Of a stretch of DNA of 64,000 nt, positions 8,435-18,965 are shown one piece after another (the first letter of the stretch is position 1; each line of letters opens with the position of its first letter). Made by a program: the position numbers and the translations under genes. This stretch comes from Candidatus Eiseniibacteriota bacterium (GTDB lineage: Bacteria; Eisenbacteria; RBG-16-71-46). Below the pieces are notes generated by a model that saw only the letters and a list, made by a program, of their open reading frames with translations, was not told the DNA's origin and searched no databases. The DNA lies in assembly GCA_038231135.1 (NCBI GenBank), contig JBBRLX010000001.1:10090-74089 (forward strand). Direction: 5' to 3'.

Positions 8435-9844
8435 ATGCAAGCGCACTTCATACGAGTCTCCCGCCGCGCGCTAACGTGCGCGTTTGGGCTCGGCGCCCTG
8501 CTCGCGCTGACCGCGACTGTGGCCGGGGCCGAGACACCAGCTTTGAAAGTAACGTATCAGGTATTCACGCTCGCCAACGGGCTCAGGGTGATCCTGCACG
8601 AGGACCACAAGGTGCCGGTCGTGTCGGTGAACACCTATTACCACGTGGGCTCGGGCGACGAGAAGCCCGGCCGCACCGGGTTCGCGCACCTGTTCGAGCA
8701 CATCATGTTCATGGGCTCGCAGCATGTGCCAACCGGCGAATTCGACAACCTGCTCGAGTCGGCAGGGGCGAACAACAACGGCTCGACGAACGAGGACCGC
8801 ACGAACTACTACGAAGACGGCCCGTCGAATTCCGTGCCGCTGATGTTGTGGCTGGATTCGGATCGCATGGGCTACCTGTTGCCCGAGATCAACAAGGACA
8901 AGGTCGATCTGCAGCGCGGCGTGGTGCAGAACGAGCGGCGGCAGTCGTACGAGAACCAGCCCTACGGACTCAGCGAGGAGAACATCCTGAGCCGGCTCTA
9001 CCCCGAGGGGCACCCGTACCACTGGCCGGTGATCGGGTCGATGACCGACCTGAACGCCGCCTCGATCACCGATGTGCGGGAGTTCTTCAAGAAGTACTAC
9101 GTGCCCAACAACGCCACGATGTGCATCGCTGGCGACATCAAGCCCGCCCAGGCGCGTGCGTGGGTGGAGAAGTACTTCGGCAGCATTCCGCGCGGTCCGA
9201 AGAACGTGCGCCCCACGGCGCCGGCGTTCCACATGGCCACCAACGTGTACGGTACGATCGAGGACCACGTGCAGGTTCCGCGCGTATACGATGCCTGGCA
9301 CTCGCAGAAGTCGTTCGCGTCCGACGACGCGGCGCTGCAGGTGATGGGCGAGGTGCTCGCCGGCGGCAAGTCGTCGCGGCTCTACAAGCGCCTGGTCTAC
9401 GAGCTGCAGATCGCGAACCAGGTCAACGCCTATCAGGACGGCGGGCGGCTCGACGGCAAGTTCGTGATCTTCTCGACCGCGCGGCCGGGGCACGACCTGA
9501 ACGAGCTGCAGAAGGTGATCGATGCCGAGGTCGGCAAGCTCGCCGAGTCGGGGCCGACGCCGCGCGAGCTGGAGCGCGTGAAGAACAGCACCGAGTCGGC
9601 GTTCATCGGCGCGATGGAAGAGGTCGGTGGTTTCGGGGGCAAGGCGAGCCAGCTCAATTACTACGACTACTTTCTCGGTGAACCGGATTCGTTCCAGGCC
9701 GACCTGCAGCGCTATCTGTCGGTGACCGCGGCTGACGTGCAACGGGTCGCGAAGCAGTATCTCGAGACTCCGCACCGCGTGGTGCTGAGCGTCGTGCCGC
9801 AGGGTCAGACCAAGCTCGCCGCCACGGAAGGAGTGCAGCCATGA
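8435..9844 (+). CDS. M16-family zinc metallopeptidase (active subunit, HxxEH)
   Basis: The ATG at 8435 follows a GGAGGA site. The product has a signal peptide, the zinc motif HLFEHIMFMGS and the NEDRTNYY motif. Confidence 0.85.
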   Translation: MQAHFIRVSRRALTCAFGLGALLALTATVAGAETPALKVTYQVFTLANGLRVILHEDHKVPVVSVNTYYHVGSGDEKPGRTGFAHLFEHIMFMGSQHVPTGEFDNLLESAGANNNGSTNEDRTNYYEDGPSNSVPLMLWLDSDRMGYLLPEINKDKVDLQRGVVQNERRQSYENQPYGLSEENILSRLYPEGHPYHWPVIGSMTDLNAASITDVREFFKKYYVPNNATMCIAGDIKPAQARAWVEKYFGSIPRGPKNVRPTAPAFHMATNVYGTIEDHVQVPRVYDAWHSQKSFASDDAALQVMGEVLAGGKSSRLYKRLVYELQIANQVNAYQDGGRLDGKFVIFSTARPGHDLNELQKVIDAEVGKLAESGPTPRELERVKNSTESAFIGAMEEVGGFGGKASQLNYYDYFLGEPDSFQADLQRYLSVTAADVQRVAKQYLETPHRVVLSVVPQGQTKLAATEGVQP

Positions 9845-11427
9845 TCATGCTTCGTAGATCCGTGGGCATCGTCGTGGCGCTCGCGGGTTGTCTCGCGCTC
9901 GGCGTCGCGCTGCCCGGGATGGCCGCGACGCCCGTGAAGAACGTGCTCTCGAGCCCCAGGACCGGGGCCGCGAAAGCCAGGCCGGCTGCGAAGGCCGGCG
10001 CGACAGCCGCGTCCACGCACCGGACCGCGTCGAAGCCCGCGGCCATGGCGAACGGTCTCGATCGTTCCAAGCCGCCGGTGCTGGGCCCGCTGCCGCCGCT
10101 CGCGCTGCCCGCCATCCAGTCGCAGAAGCTGGCGAACGGGCTCGAGCTGGACGTGGTCGAGATGCACGAGGTGCCGGTCGTCGACGTGACGCTGCTGCTC
10201 CACGCGGGGGCGATGCGCGATCCCGCCGACACGCCGGGAATCGCGACGTTCACCGCGAACATGCTCGACGAGGGCGCGGGGTCGCGCGACGCGCTCGCGA
10301 TCGCGGACGAGGAGGCGTATCTCGGCGCCGAGCTGAGCACGGCCGCGGGTGCGGAGAACGCCACCGTGAACCTGCACTGCACCAAACCCAAACTCGGGCC
10401 CGCGCTCGATCTGATGTCGGACGTGGTGCTGCGGCCGGCGTTCGCGGATTCCGAGATCACGCGGCAGCGCGAGCTGCGCAAGAACGCACTGCTCCAGCTA
10501 CGCGACCAGCCCACCCAGATCGCGCCGATCGCGTTCAACGCGATTGTGTTCGGCAACGGCCACCCCTATGGGCGGCCGGCGGGCGGCAACGAAGCCTCGA
10601 CCGAGCGTCTCGATCGCACCCGGGTGAAGGCGTTCTACGACGCTTACTACCGGCCCGACAACGCGCGGCTGCTGATCGTGGGTGACATCACTCCGGCCGA
10701 GGCGAAGGGCCTCGCCGAGGCGCGGTTCGGTTCGTGGAAGGCGGGCAGTGCAACGCCGCCGCCGGTAGCGACCGCTCCGGCCGCGGGGCCGCGGACGTTC
10801 TACCTGGTCGACAAGCCGGGCGCGGCGCAGTCGGTGATCCGGATGGGCAACGTCGGCGTGGCGCGCTCGACTCCCGACTACTTCCCGTTGCGCGTGCTCA
10901 ACACCATGCTCGGCGGCTCGTTCACGTCGCGGCTCAACCAGAACCTGCGTGAGACCCACGGGTACACGTATGGCGCGCGCTCGGCATTCGACATGCGGCG
11001 GCTCCCGGGGCCGTTCGTCGCGACCGCCTCGGTCGTGACCGCGAAGACCGACAGCTCGCTGATCGAGTTCTTCAAGGAGCTGCGGCGCATCCGTACCGAG
11101 CCGGTGCCGGAAACGGAGCTGCAGAAGACCAAGTCGAACATGACGCTGGGATTGCCCGGCGACTTCGAGACCACCGCGGACGCCGCGGTGCAATACCTCG
11201 ACCTGATCGCGAACGACCTGCCGCTCGATTCGTATTCGGGATACATCGACAAGATCGAGGCCGTCACCGCCGCCGACGTGCAGCGTGTGGCGGAGAAGTA
11301 CATCGACCCGGACCACTTCGTGGTCGTGGTGGTCGGAGACCGCAAGGTGATCGAGCCAGGCATCAAGGCGCTCAACGAAGGCCCGATCGTCGCGCGCGAC
11401 TTGTGGGGGCAGGAGATGCGTCCATAA
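9841..11427 (+). CDS. M16-family peptidase, non-catalytic partner subunit
   Basis: Its start overlaps the upstream M16 stop (ATGA). It has the M16 fold (GAGSRDALAIADEEAYLGAELS, RETHGYTYGARS) but no HxxEH motif. Confidence 0.8.
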   Translation: MIMLRRSVGIVVALAGCLALGVALPGMAATPVKNVLSSPRTGAAKARPAAKAGATAASTHRTASKPAAMANGLDRSKPPVLGPLPPLALPAIQSQKLANGLELDVVEMHEVPVVDVTLLLHAGAMRDPADTPGIATFTANMLDEGAGSRDALAIADEEAYLGAELSTAAGAENATVNLHCTKPKLGPALDLMSDVVLRPAFADSEITRQRELRKNALLQLRDQPTQIAPIAFNAIVFGNGHPYGRPAGGNEASTERLDRTRVKAFYDAYYRPDNARLLIVGDITPAEAKGLAEARFGSWKAGSATPPPVATAPAAGPRTFYLVDKPGAAQSVIRMGNVGVARSTPDYFPLRVLNTMLGGSFTSRLNQNLRETHGYTYGARSAFDMRRLPGPFVATASVVTAKTDSSLIEFFKELRRIRTEPVPETELQKTKSNMTLGLPGDFETTADAAVQYLDLIANDLPLDSYSGYIDKIEAVTAADVQRVAEKYIDPDHFVVVVVGDRKVIEPGIKALNEGPIVARDLWGQEMRP

Positions 11428-11467
11428 CGCGGCGACAGCCGCAATAGAAAGACGGATCAAACGAATT

Positions 11468-11505
11468 GCGCCGGGTGCTTCGAGCACCCGGCGCATTGTT
11501 TTGGA
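11468..11505. terminator. Rho-independent terminator, likely bidirectional
   Basis: A perfect 12-bp stem (GCGCCGGGTGCT, loop TCGA, AGCACCCGGCGC) is followed by ATTGTTTTGG. It lies between the convergent M16 and msrB genes. Confidence 0.55.
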
Positions 11506-11559
11506 TCTTGCGGGCTACGCCCGCGCGGGCCCGCAACTACCGCCCGCAAGAAGCCGCCG

Positions 11560-12099
11560 CTACTTCTTCGGCACGAACGACAGCGCCGCCGAGTTCATGC
11601 AGAAGCGTTCCCCTGTCGGCTTGGGACCGTCGTCGAACAGGTGGCCCAGATGGCCGCCGCAGCGCGCGCACAGCACCTCGACGCGCTCCATGCCGAGCGA
11701 CGCGTCCTTGTGCAACACCACGTGATCCTTTTCGACCGGCGCCCAGAAGCTCGGCCAGCCGGTGCCGGACTCGAACTTCTGCTCCGACCGGAACAATTCG
11801 AGCCCGCACCCGGCGCACTTGTAGACACCGGGATCGTGCTCGTCCCAGTAGGCGCCGGTGAACGCCGTCTCGGTGCCGGCCTCGCGCAGCACCCGATACT
11901 GTTGGGGCGAAAGCTCCTTCCGCCACTCCGCATCCGTCTTCACGACATGTCCCACTTTGCCTCCATGTTTCGCGGGTTCGGCCGTCGCACCATCGCGCCG
12001 CGACGCCGGCTTGGCGCCCGCCTCGCGCGCGAGCGGCAACACCAGCGCGAGCGCGGTCACGGCGAGCAGCATCGACCAACCCTGGGTTTGGCGTGTCAT
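11560..12099 (-). CDS. msrB: Peptide-methionine (R)-S-oxide reductase MsrB, secreted
   Basis: The ATG at 12099 follows GGAGGA. The product has a signal peptide plus the SelR domain with both CxxC pairs (YKCAGCG...[16 protein letters not shown]). Confidence 0.85.
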   Translation of the reverse strand: MTRQTQGWSMLLAVTALALVLPLAREAGAKPASRRDGATAEPAKHGGKVGHVVKTDAEWRKELSPQQYRVLREAGTETAFTGAYWDEHDPGVYKCAGCGLELFRSEQKFESGTGWPSFWAPVEKDHVVLHKDASLGMERVEVLCARCGGHLGHLFDDGPKPTGERFCMNSAALSFVPKK

Positions 12100-12252
12100 T
12101 GGATCCTCCAAATGGGGCGCCGTTGCCGGCCGGTCGGCCTGCCGCCCGGCGCCGTCATCCTCAATACGCAGGAGTGCGGCATTTGGGATGTCCTGGGACC
12201 GGTTTCCAGGTTCGGAAACGGTCAAGCCTTAGGGCCTTTAACCTGCGCGTGC

Positions 12253-12981
12253 TCATTGGATCCTGAGCGCCTTCCGCGCCGCGGGCAGCGCGAGCTCCGC
12301 CCAGGCGGCGTGCATCACGGGCGACGGATGGAGTCCGTCCCCCGCCACGAGCTTCGGGTCGCCGGCCACGAGCCGCGACTCGGGCGTCACGTCCACCCAC
12401 TGCGCGCCGGCGTGCGCCACGCCCTCGCGAGCGGTCGTGTTGAACGCGTCGATCTGTCGCGCGATCGCGGCCCGGTCGCGGCCTGCGGCGAACGGCGTCA
12501 CGCCCCAGTCGGGGATCGACAGCACCACGACCCGATCCGCGCGGCCGCCCGCGAATGCCACCGCGCGCGCCAGCAGCGTGTCGAACTGCGCCCGGTATTC
12601 CGTCACGGAGCGGCCGCGGTACTGGTTGTTCACGCCGATCATCAGCGTGACCAGGTCGTAGGGCCCGCGCGGCGCCGCGGCGTCGATGGCGGCCGACAGC
12701 TCGTCGGTGGTCCAGCCGGTGCGCGCGATGATGTCGGGGGCGTCCATGGCGGCACCGGAGGCCACGAGCCCTGCCACCAGCCGCTCCGGCCACCGGTCCG
12801 TCGCGGCCACGCTCTCGCCGATCGTGTAGGAATCGCCCAGCGCCAGGAAACGCATGCTGCCTCCGGTGCGCTCCTCCGCGGGCGCGGAACGCTCGTGCTG
12901 CACCGCGCATCCGGCCGCGAGGACGCCGAGTGCGACCACCAACGCCCGTCGTGCCACGGCTGCCCAATCCATGGGCTGCAT
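12253..12981 (-). CDS. SGNH/GDSL hydrolase-family lipoprotein
   Basis: The product has a LAAGC lipobox and the GDSYT and GVNNQ blocks. Its start is chosen within the longer ORF. Confidence 0.7.
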   Translation of the reverse strand: MQPMDWAAVARRALVVALGVLAAGCAVQHERSAPAEERTGGSMRFLALGDSYTIGESVAATDRWPERLVAGLVASGAAMDAPDIIARTGWTTDELSAAIDAAAPRGPYDLVTLMIGVNNQYRGRSVTEYRAQFDTLLARAVAFAGGRADRVVVLSIPDWGVTPFAAGRDRAAIARQIDAFNTTAREGVAHAGAQWVDVTPESRLVAGDPKLVAGDGLHPSPVMHAAWAELALPAARKALRIQ

Positions 12982-12997
12982 GGTACTGTGATCGGTC

Positions 12998-14128
12998 ATG
13001 AATCGCATGCGACTCGATCATATGGAGTGGAGCAAGGGCACGCTCGGCATGGCGGCGATCGACCTCGCCGACAGCGCGATCTCGGCGCCGGATCTGGCGG
13101 CTCTGGGGCTGCCGCACACGGCGCAACTGCCGTCCTCCGGTCTCGCGCTCGTGCATCAGCTCGAGCGCGCGCTCGGGGTTCGCCTGGCGGCTCCCGGGGG
13201 CAGGGTACAGGTGGTGGCTGGCGCCAGCGAGGCGATTGCCGTGGTGTTCGGCGCGCTGCTCGACCCCGGCGACGAAGTGCTGGTGGAAACGCCGGGCTAC
13301 CAGCCCCACGCCGAGGTACCGAAATTGTTCGGCGCCACGGTGCGGACATTCGCGCGGTCTCGCGGGCAGGGCTATGCTGGATGGGCATCGGCGATCGAGG
13401 AGCAGCTCGGGTCCGCCACCCGGCTGGTGGTGCTGTCGGACCTCCACAACCCGAGCGGTGCCATGGCTACGACGGCGGACCTCGACGCGCTCGGTGTGCT
13501 CGCCCAAGCGCGCGGCTTCCACGTGCTCGTCGACGAAACGTTTCGCGACGCCGGTCCGGCGCCCACCGGCACCATCGCCGTGCGCGGCCCCCAGTGGGTC
13601 AGCATCAGCTCGCTCACCAAGGCCTACGGACTCGGCGGACTGCGCATCGGCTGGATCGCGGCGCACGCCGATGTGCTGCTCCGGTGTTTCGAGTGCCATG
13701 ACGGGCTGTCGGTGCAGCCGTCTCACCTAAGCGTGGCGCTGGCGCTCGAGTTGATCCCGCACCTCGACGCCCTGCGCGCTCGCACGCACCGGCTGCTGGC
13801 GGCGAACCATATCCACTGGGCCCAGTTCATCGCCCGGGTCGGCGCGGCACTCGAGCGCGCCGGCATGCCGCTCCAGCGCGGGGTGGCGCCGTGCGGCACC
13901 ACGACATTTGCGGCATTCGGCCGGGAGGGTCTGGGCGATGCGTTCGCCCGGCACGCGTTCGAGCGATACGACGTCGCCGTGACCCCCGGGCGCTTCTTCG
14001 GCGACGCGGCGGGATTTCGGGTCGGGCTCGGAGTCGAGGCGGCGCAGCTCGACGCCGGCATCGAGCGCCTGGAACGCGCCGCGCGCGAGTTTCCCACAAC
14101 CCTCACCGCACGCGAGGCGATTGCATGA
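12998..14128 (+). CDS. PLP-dependent aminotransferase (class I/II)
   Basis: The 376-aa product shows fold-type I aminotransferase motifs (LSDLHNPSG, SSLTKAYGLGGLRIGW). Confidence 0.75.
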   Translation: MNRMRLDHMEWSKGTLGMAAIDLADSAISAPDLAALGLPHTAQLPSSGLALVHQLERALGVRLAAPGGRVQVVAGASEAIAVVFGALLDPGDEVLVETPGYQPHAEVPKLFGATVRTFARSRGQGYAGWASAIEEQLGSATRLVVLSDLHNPSGAMATTADLDALGVLAQARGFHVLVDETFRDAGPAPTGTIAVRGPQWVSISSLTKAYGLGGLRIGWIAAHADVLLRCFECHDGLSVQPSHLSVALALELIPHLDALRARTHRLLAANHIHWAQFIARVGAALERAGMPLQRGVAPCGTTTFAAFGREGLGDAFARHAFERYDVAVTPGRFFGDAAGFRVGLGVEAAQLDAGIERLERAAREFPTTLTAREAIA

Positions 14129-14586
14129 CCGAACCCAGCATCATGGATCGGATCCAGACCGAGATGGTCGCCGCCATGAAGTCCAAGGATGTCGACACGT
14201 TGAGCACGCTGCGTATGCTCAAGACGGCGTTGATGGAAGCCAAGACCAAGAAGCCCAAGGACGCCGTGCTGTCGGCGGACGAGGAGATCGAGATCCTGCA
14301 GCGCTACGTGAAGAAGCGCCGCGAGGGGATCGAGGAATACCGCAAGCTCGGCCGCGAGGACGTGGTGGCGAAGGAGGAGCAGGAGATCGCCGTCACCGCG
14401 CGGTTCCTGCCGCAGGCGGTGTCCGAGGCCGAGCTGCGCGCGGTGGTGGCGGAGGCCGTGAAGCAATCCGGCGCCACGGGCCCGCGCGAGATGGGCAAGG
14501 TGATCGGCCTCGTGATGGCGCAGGTCAAGGGCCGCGCCGAGGGAGCGCAGGTCTCGAAGCTGGTGAAGGAGGCGCTCGGAAGCTGA
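14125..14586 (+). CDS. GatB/YqeY-domain protein
   Basis: ATGA overlap with the aminotransferase. The product MTEPSIMDRIQTEMVAAMKSKD...REMGKVIGLVMAQVKGRAEG matches YqeY. Confidence 0.8.
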   Translation: MTEPSIMDRIQTEMVAAMKSKDVDTLSTLRMLKTALMEAKTKKPKDAVLSADEEIEILQRYVKKRREGIEEYRKLGREDVVAKEEQEIAVTARFLPQAVSEAELRAVVAEAVKQSGATGPREMGKVIGLVMAQVKGRAEGAQVSKLVKEALGS

Positions 14587-14623
14587 GCTTCCGAACGGCA
14601 ACCGACTCTGTTAAGTTATTGCA

Positions 14624-15295
14624 ATGAAAGCGACTCCTCCGAAGCGGCCGTGGTTCTCGAGTTCCATGTGGGTGAGCGTTGCATGGGTTGCCTGTGCGCT
14701 GGCCCTGCATGCGCAGCCGTTGGCCGCGTCCTCGCGGTCCGAACGGGCTCCGCGGCTTGTCGTGCCCGGCTCCAGCGTGTTGCACGCCGATGAGCGAATC
14801 GACCTGCGGTGGCACGGTGGAGGAAGGAACGTCGAGGAGATGGAGATCCTGCTCACGACCGACGGGCCCAACGGTCGCACCGTGCGTATCTCGCCGCAGC
14901 TCGATCCCCGGCGCGGCGTCTTCGTCTGGCGCGTGCCCGATCTGGGTGGGGCCACGTCCGCGCGCCTGAGCGTGCGTTTCAATTGCGACGGCCACGAAAT
15001 CGAAGGCGAGCCCACGAGTATGCTCCGTATTCTCTCGGCTGCAGATCCATCGCCGCCCGCCGCTCTGCTGCCGGAGGCGGCCGACCGTGAGGCGGGGTCA
15101 TCGGCCAATGGTCGCGGCGGCGACAAGGGTTCGAGCGCCGGCAGCGGCGAATCCGAAGCGGGCCGCGAGATCCACCAGCTCCTGCGCGCCGCGAGCCAGT
15201 CCCACAGTCCGACCTCGGGCGAGCTCGCCGGGTCGTCGGCTCCGCCCAATTCACGCCAGTTCTCCATTCCGCCATTCGTGCCCACGCGGAACTGA
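14624..15295 (+). CDS. Hypothetical secreted protein
   Basis: The product has a signal peptide (MWVSVAWVACALALHA) and a non-repetitive composition. No family was recognised. Confidence 0.45.
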   Translation: MKATPPKRPWFSSSMWVSVAWVACALALHAQPLAASSRSERAPRLVVPGSSVLHADERIDLRWHGGGRNVEEMEILLTTDGPNGRTVRISPQLDPRRGVFVWRVPDLGGATSARLSVRFNCDGHEIEGEPTSMLRILSAADPSPPAALLPEAADREAGSSANGRGGDKGSSAGSGESEAGREIHQLLRAASQSHSPTSGELAGSSAPPNSRQFSIPPFVPTRN

Positions 15296-15583
15296 TCGCG
15301 TTCGGGGCGAACCCGGATCTCCCATAGACCTCGAACCCGCGGTGCGACACGGTCGCGGGCGATAACGAGCGTCGTATCGAGAAGGAGACGGTGCACGTCG
15401 CGACCTCACGTGCGGCCCGCGCTCCCTCGCGAGATTCCCGTTCACAAAACCACGAACTGCAGACCTAGCCCACTCGGGCGGGTCATTCAAACCTACTGGA
15501 CCTTCGCCGTTCGGGACGATTCCAAGCCCCGGGCCATTTGCGAAACCATGAATTCCGGCATGACACCCAAGGAGACTCGTACG

Positions 15584-17875
15584 ATGAATCGCGGCCGTAG
15601 CATGTCCAACACACTCGCCATCACCTTCGCGACGCTGCTGTCGTGGGCCGCCGGCGCGGCGGCGCAATCCATTATCGGAACCGTTGGCTCCGCGGGCAGC
15701 GGCATCGTCGGAGCAACGGTGCGGGTCCTGGAGCTCAATCGCATCGAACACACGGGTGCCCACGGACAATTCACGTTCCCCAACATTCCGAAGGGAACGT
15801 ACAGGGTCTTCGCGGGCGCCATCGGGCACGCGTCCACGATTCAGACGGTCGAGGTGGGCGGCGCCAACGTGTCGGTAGCATTCGATCTCAAGGAATCCGC
15901 GATCCCGATGGAGGAGATCGTGGTTTCCGCATCGCCTTATGCGCGGCCGGCGGACGATCAGTATCAGGCAGCGGAGTCCAAGTCCCAGGTCGAATTCGAG
16001 AACAGCGCAGGTTCGAGCTTCGCCGAGAAACTCTCGGATCTGCCAGGGGTCACGGTCCGCGCCAACGGCTCCGCCCCATCGCGACCGATTCTGCGGGGCC
16101 TGTCCGACAACCGCGTCCTGATCCTCGAGAACGGACTCCGCACCGGCGACATCGCGACCTACGATCCGGCGCATGCCACCCCGATCGAAGCCATCGGCGT
16201 GTCGCAGATCGACGTGGTGCGCGGTCCCGCGAGCATCCTCTACGGACCCAGCACCATCGGTGGACTCGTCAACGTCATCACCAACGTCGTGCCCGCCGTT
16301 TCGGACCGTCCCGTCTCCGGTACGATGGCCGTCGAGGGTAATTCCGTGAGCGATCAGTACGCCGGCTACTTCAATACGGTCTACAGCGGCAATCACCAGG
16401 CGTTCCGGGTGTCCGCCGGTGGACTCCATTCCCAGGATATTCGTATTCCGTCGGGCTCGTACACGGATCCCGCCAGCGGCGTGGCATTCGATCTCGACCG
16501 CATGCCGCAGACGTTCGATCACAGCCACGAGGAGGGCCTCGGCTACTCCTATCAGGGCGACTTCGGCACGATCGGCATCGGTGGCAAGCACTACGAGATG
16601 AACTACGGCATTCCCGGAGTCCCGCCGAACCCGGATTGGGAGACCAATCCCCCGGCAACGTCACGCATTGCCCAGCGCAGGAATACGGTCGAGCTCCTGA
16701 GCACGATCAACGGCGGCAACTCATGGGCGAGGCAGTGGAAGCTCAACGCGAACTACAACGACTACAATCACTCGGAGTTCCCGACCGCCCAGGACTCGAC
16801 CGGCGTATCCGATCCGCAGGCGAATCATTTTCACAAACGCGCGTTCAACGCGGACCTGCGGCTGCAGCATCGGCCGGCGGGCAGGCTCCAGGGCACGCTC
16901 GGGCTGTGGACGAACATCGAGAACCTCACCATCGACGGCGACCAGCCGCTCGGGCCGAACTCGGTGACCAGCGGCTACGCGGGCTACGCGTTCGAGGAGT
17001 ATCGTGTGGCGGAGCACACGCGCCTGCAGGGCGGCCTGCGCTTCGACTACAACAGGATCCAGACGAACCCGAGCGCCTCATCCACGGATTCGGTGTTCCA
17101 GACGCTCGACGTGACGAAGACATCCAATGCGGTCACCGCGTCGTTCGGCGCGATCCATGAGATCAGCTCCGAGGTGACCGGTTCCGTGAACGTCGCCCGT
17201 TCGTTCCGCGCCCCCACGGTGCAGGAGTTGTTCGCCAACGGGCTCGATGCTCCGAGCGGTACCTATTCGATCGGCACCGATGACCTGGAGTCGGAGACGG
17301 GGTTGGGTGTGGACGCGATGCTCAAGGGCAATTTCCAGACGGCATCCTTCGAGGTGTCGCCCTACCTCAACGTCATCCACAACTACATCTACGGGTTCCT
17401 GCGCGGCGACACGATTCAGGCGTTCCCCGTCCGCAAGTTCGCCGCCACCGATGCGCGCCTGGCAGGGTTCGAAGCGAGTGCGACGGTTCAGGTGGCCAAG
17501 CACATGGCGATCAAAGCGAGCGGGGACTACGTCAACGCGGAGGACACGAAGCTGAACGTGCCGCTCCCGTTCACGCCGCCACTCCGGGGACTCGTGCGCG
17601 GGACGTATCAGGACGACAAGTACATGGCCATGGCCGAGTGGCGTGGTGCGGCGAAGCAGACGCGGCTCGGCGACGGCGACACTCCCACGCCCGGATACGG
17701 CATCGCGAATGTCGGCGTGGGGCTGCGGTTCGTCAAAGGTGGGATCGTGCACAATCTCAGCGTCCACTGCGACAACGTGTTCGATCGCGTCTACCGGGAC
17801 CATCTCTCGGTCATCAAGGACTTCCTCCCGCAACCGGCACGGGGCTTCCGGCTGAACTTCGAAATTCAGTTCTAA
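15584..17875 (+). CDS. TonB-dependent outer-membrane receptor with N-terminal carboxypeptidase-regulatory-like domain
   Basis: The ATG at 15584 follows AAGGAGA. The product has a signal peptide, a plug-domain TonB box region and a C-terminal beta-barrel ending ...FEIQF. Confidence 0.85.
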   Translation: MNRGRSMSNTLAITFATLLSWAAGAAAQSIIGTVGSAGSGIVGATVRVLELNRIEHTGAHGQFTFPNIPKGTYRVFAGAIGHASTIQTVEVGGANVSVAFDLKESAIPMEEIVVSASPYARPADDQYQAAESKSQVEFENSAGSSFAEKLSDLPGVTVRANGSAPSRPILRGLSDNRVLILENGLRTGDIATYDPAHATPIEAIGVSQIDVVRGPASILYGPSTIGGLVNVITNVVPAVSDRPVSGTMAVEGNSVSDQYAGYFNTVYSGNHQAFRVSAGGLHSQDIRIPSGSYTDPASGVAFDLDRMPQTFDHSHEEGLGYSYQGDFGTIGIGGKHYEMNYGIPGVPPNPDWETNPPATSRIAQRRNTVELLSTINGGNSWARQWKLNANYNDYNHSEFPTAQDSTGVSDPQANHFHKRAFNADLRLQHRPAGRLQGTLGLWTNIENLTIDGDQPLGPNSVTSGYAGYAFEEYRVAEHTRLQGGLRFDYNRIQTNPSASSTDSVFQTLDVTKTSNAVTASFGAIHEISSEVTGSVNVARSFRAPTVQELFANGLDAPSGTYSIGTDDLESETGLGVDAMLKGNFQTASFEVSPYLNVIHNYIYGFLRGDTIQAFPVRKFAATDARLAGFEASATVQVAKHMAIKASGDYVNAEDTKLNVPLPFTPPLRGLVRGTYQDDKYMAMAEWRGAAKQTRLGDGDTPTPGYGIANVGVGLRFVKGGIVHNLSVHCDNVFDRVYRDHLSVIKDFLPQPARGFRLNFEIQF

Positions 17876-17890
17876 CGGTCCCTGCAACCC

Positions 17891-17919
17891 ATCGGGGGAC
17901 GCTCCGTGCGTCCCCCGAT
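17891..17919. terminator. Perfect 12-bp hairpin (ATCGGGGGACGC / GCGTCCCCCGAT) between convergent genes, a candidate bidirectional terminator
   Basis: Seen in the sequence 16 nt after the TonB receptor stop and 8 nt after the hydrolase stop. Only a weak T-tract follows. Confidence 0.4.
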
Positions 17920-17926
17920 TCTGACT

Positions 17927-18703
17927 TCACAGGGCGAATCTTCCCCGGAAGAATGCGGTCATCGCCACCCACGAGCGTCGCGCGGCCTTTTCATCGTAGG
18001 CCAGGCCGGGGATCTTATACGCGTCGGCGCCGGGGTTGGTGAACCCGTGCACGGCGTGGCCGAAGTAGAACATCTGCCAGTCCACGCCCTTCTCGTCCAT
18101 GCCCTTCTGGAACGCGGCGATTTGAGCGGGGCTCTCGAACGTATCGGCTGCGCCATGGCAAACCAGAATCGCAGGCTTGATCGAGTCGCCCGGTTGCGGG
18201 GCAGGAAGGCCGCCGTGGAACGTCACGACGCCCCTCAGGTCGGCGCCGCTGTAGGCCAGTTCCAGCGCGCACGCGCCGCCGAAGCAGTAACCGGTCGCGC
18301 CCAGCCGGGCATGGTCGACCGCGGGTACCGCAGTCAGCTGATCCAGTGCCGCGATCGCCCGTTCCCGCATCGCCGGCTTGCCGTAGACTTCGCCCGAGAG
18401 CTTCCCCGCCTCGGTTGCATCGTTCGTCGTCTTGCCGCCGCCATACATGTCGGCTACAAACGCGACATACCCAAGCCTGGCCACATCGGTCCCCACGCCC
18501 TTCATGCGGTCATTCACCCCCCACCATTCAGGGAATACCACCACACCCGGACGCGGTCCCTTCAGGGCGTCGTCGTAAACCAGAAATCCTTTCATCTGCA
18601 CATCGCCGGCCTTGTAGGTGACGGTCTTGGTTACGATGGCCGCGTTCGCGGCTGGAACGAAGATCGATAATGCCAGGCAGACGGCAGCGGCTTGGGCGCG
18701 CAT
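17927..18703 (-). CDS. Dienelactone hydrolase-family protein, secreted
   Basis: The product has a signal peptide and the DLH motifs (GYCFGGACALELA, ILVCHGAADTF). Confidence 0.8.
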   Translation of the reverse strand: MRAQAAAVCLALSIFVPAANAAIVTKTVTYKAGDVQMKGFLVYDDALKGPRPGVVVFPEWWGVNDRMKGVGTDVARLGYVAFVADMYGGGKTTNDATEAGKLSGEVYGKPAMRERAIAALDQLTAVPAVDHARLGATGYCFGGACALELAYSGADLRGVVTFHGGLPAPQPGDSIKPAILVCHGAADTFESPAQIAAFQKGMDEKGVDWQMFYFGHAVHGFTNPGADAYKIPGLAYDEKAARRSWVAMTAFFRGRFAL

Positions 18704-18965
18704 GGTTTTCGAGTCCTTTCTGGAACGGGAAGGGAATTGGCATCGGTGCACAGCGTCCCCAGCCGATCACGCCAAGGCATGGCTGGAGTCTAGCGCGGAC
18801 AATTCAAGAATCGCCAGCCGGCGTTCGAGCTGTCTGCGCTGCGTTCCCTTGCGAATCTTGTGAGCGGGCGAAGGAGCGTGACGATGGCACGGTTCCCCAC
18901 GCCGGTAGTCACCAGACGGGAAAGTCATATCTCCTTGCCGCGGGCGCGCCTACAATGAGCCGGAT

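Noticed and set aside
11641-13726. Two very long ORFs: 686 aa on the plus strand and 521 aa on the minus strand
   Set aside because: They overlap three well-supported genes (msrB, SGNH hydrolase, aminotransferase) in wrong frames or strands. They are Arg/Gly/His-rich low-complexity translations.
15251-16591. 446-aa minus-strand ORF, and similar long antisense ORFs at 8471..9775, 20813..21875, 24432..26594 and 50598..51830
   Set aside because: Each lies antisense to a strongly supported gene (TonB receptor, M16 peptidase, STK, M13 peptidase, secreted FlgD-Ig protein). Their compositions are typical of GC-rich antisense artefacts.
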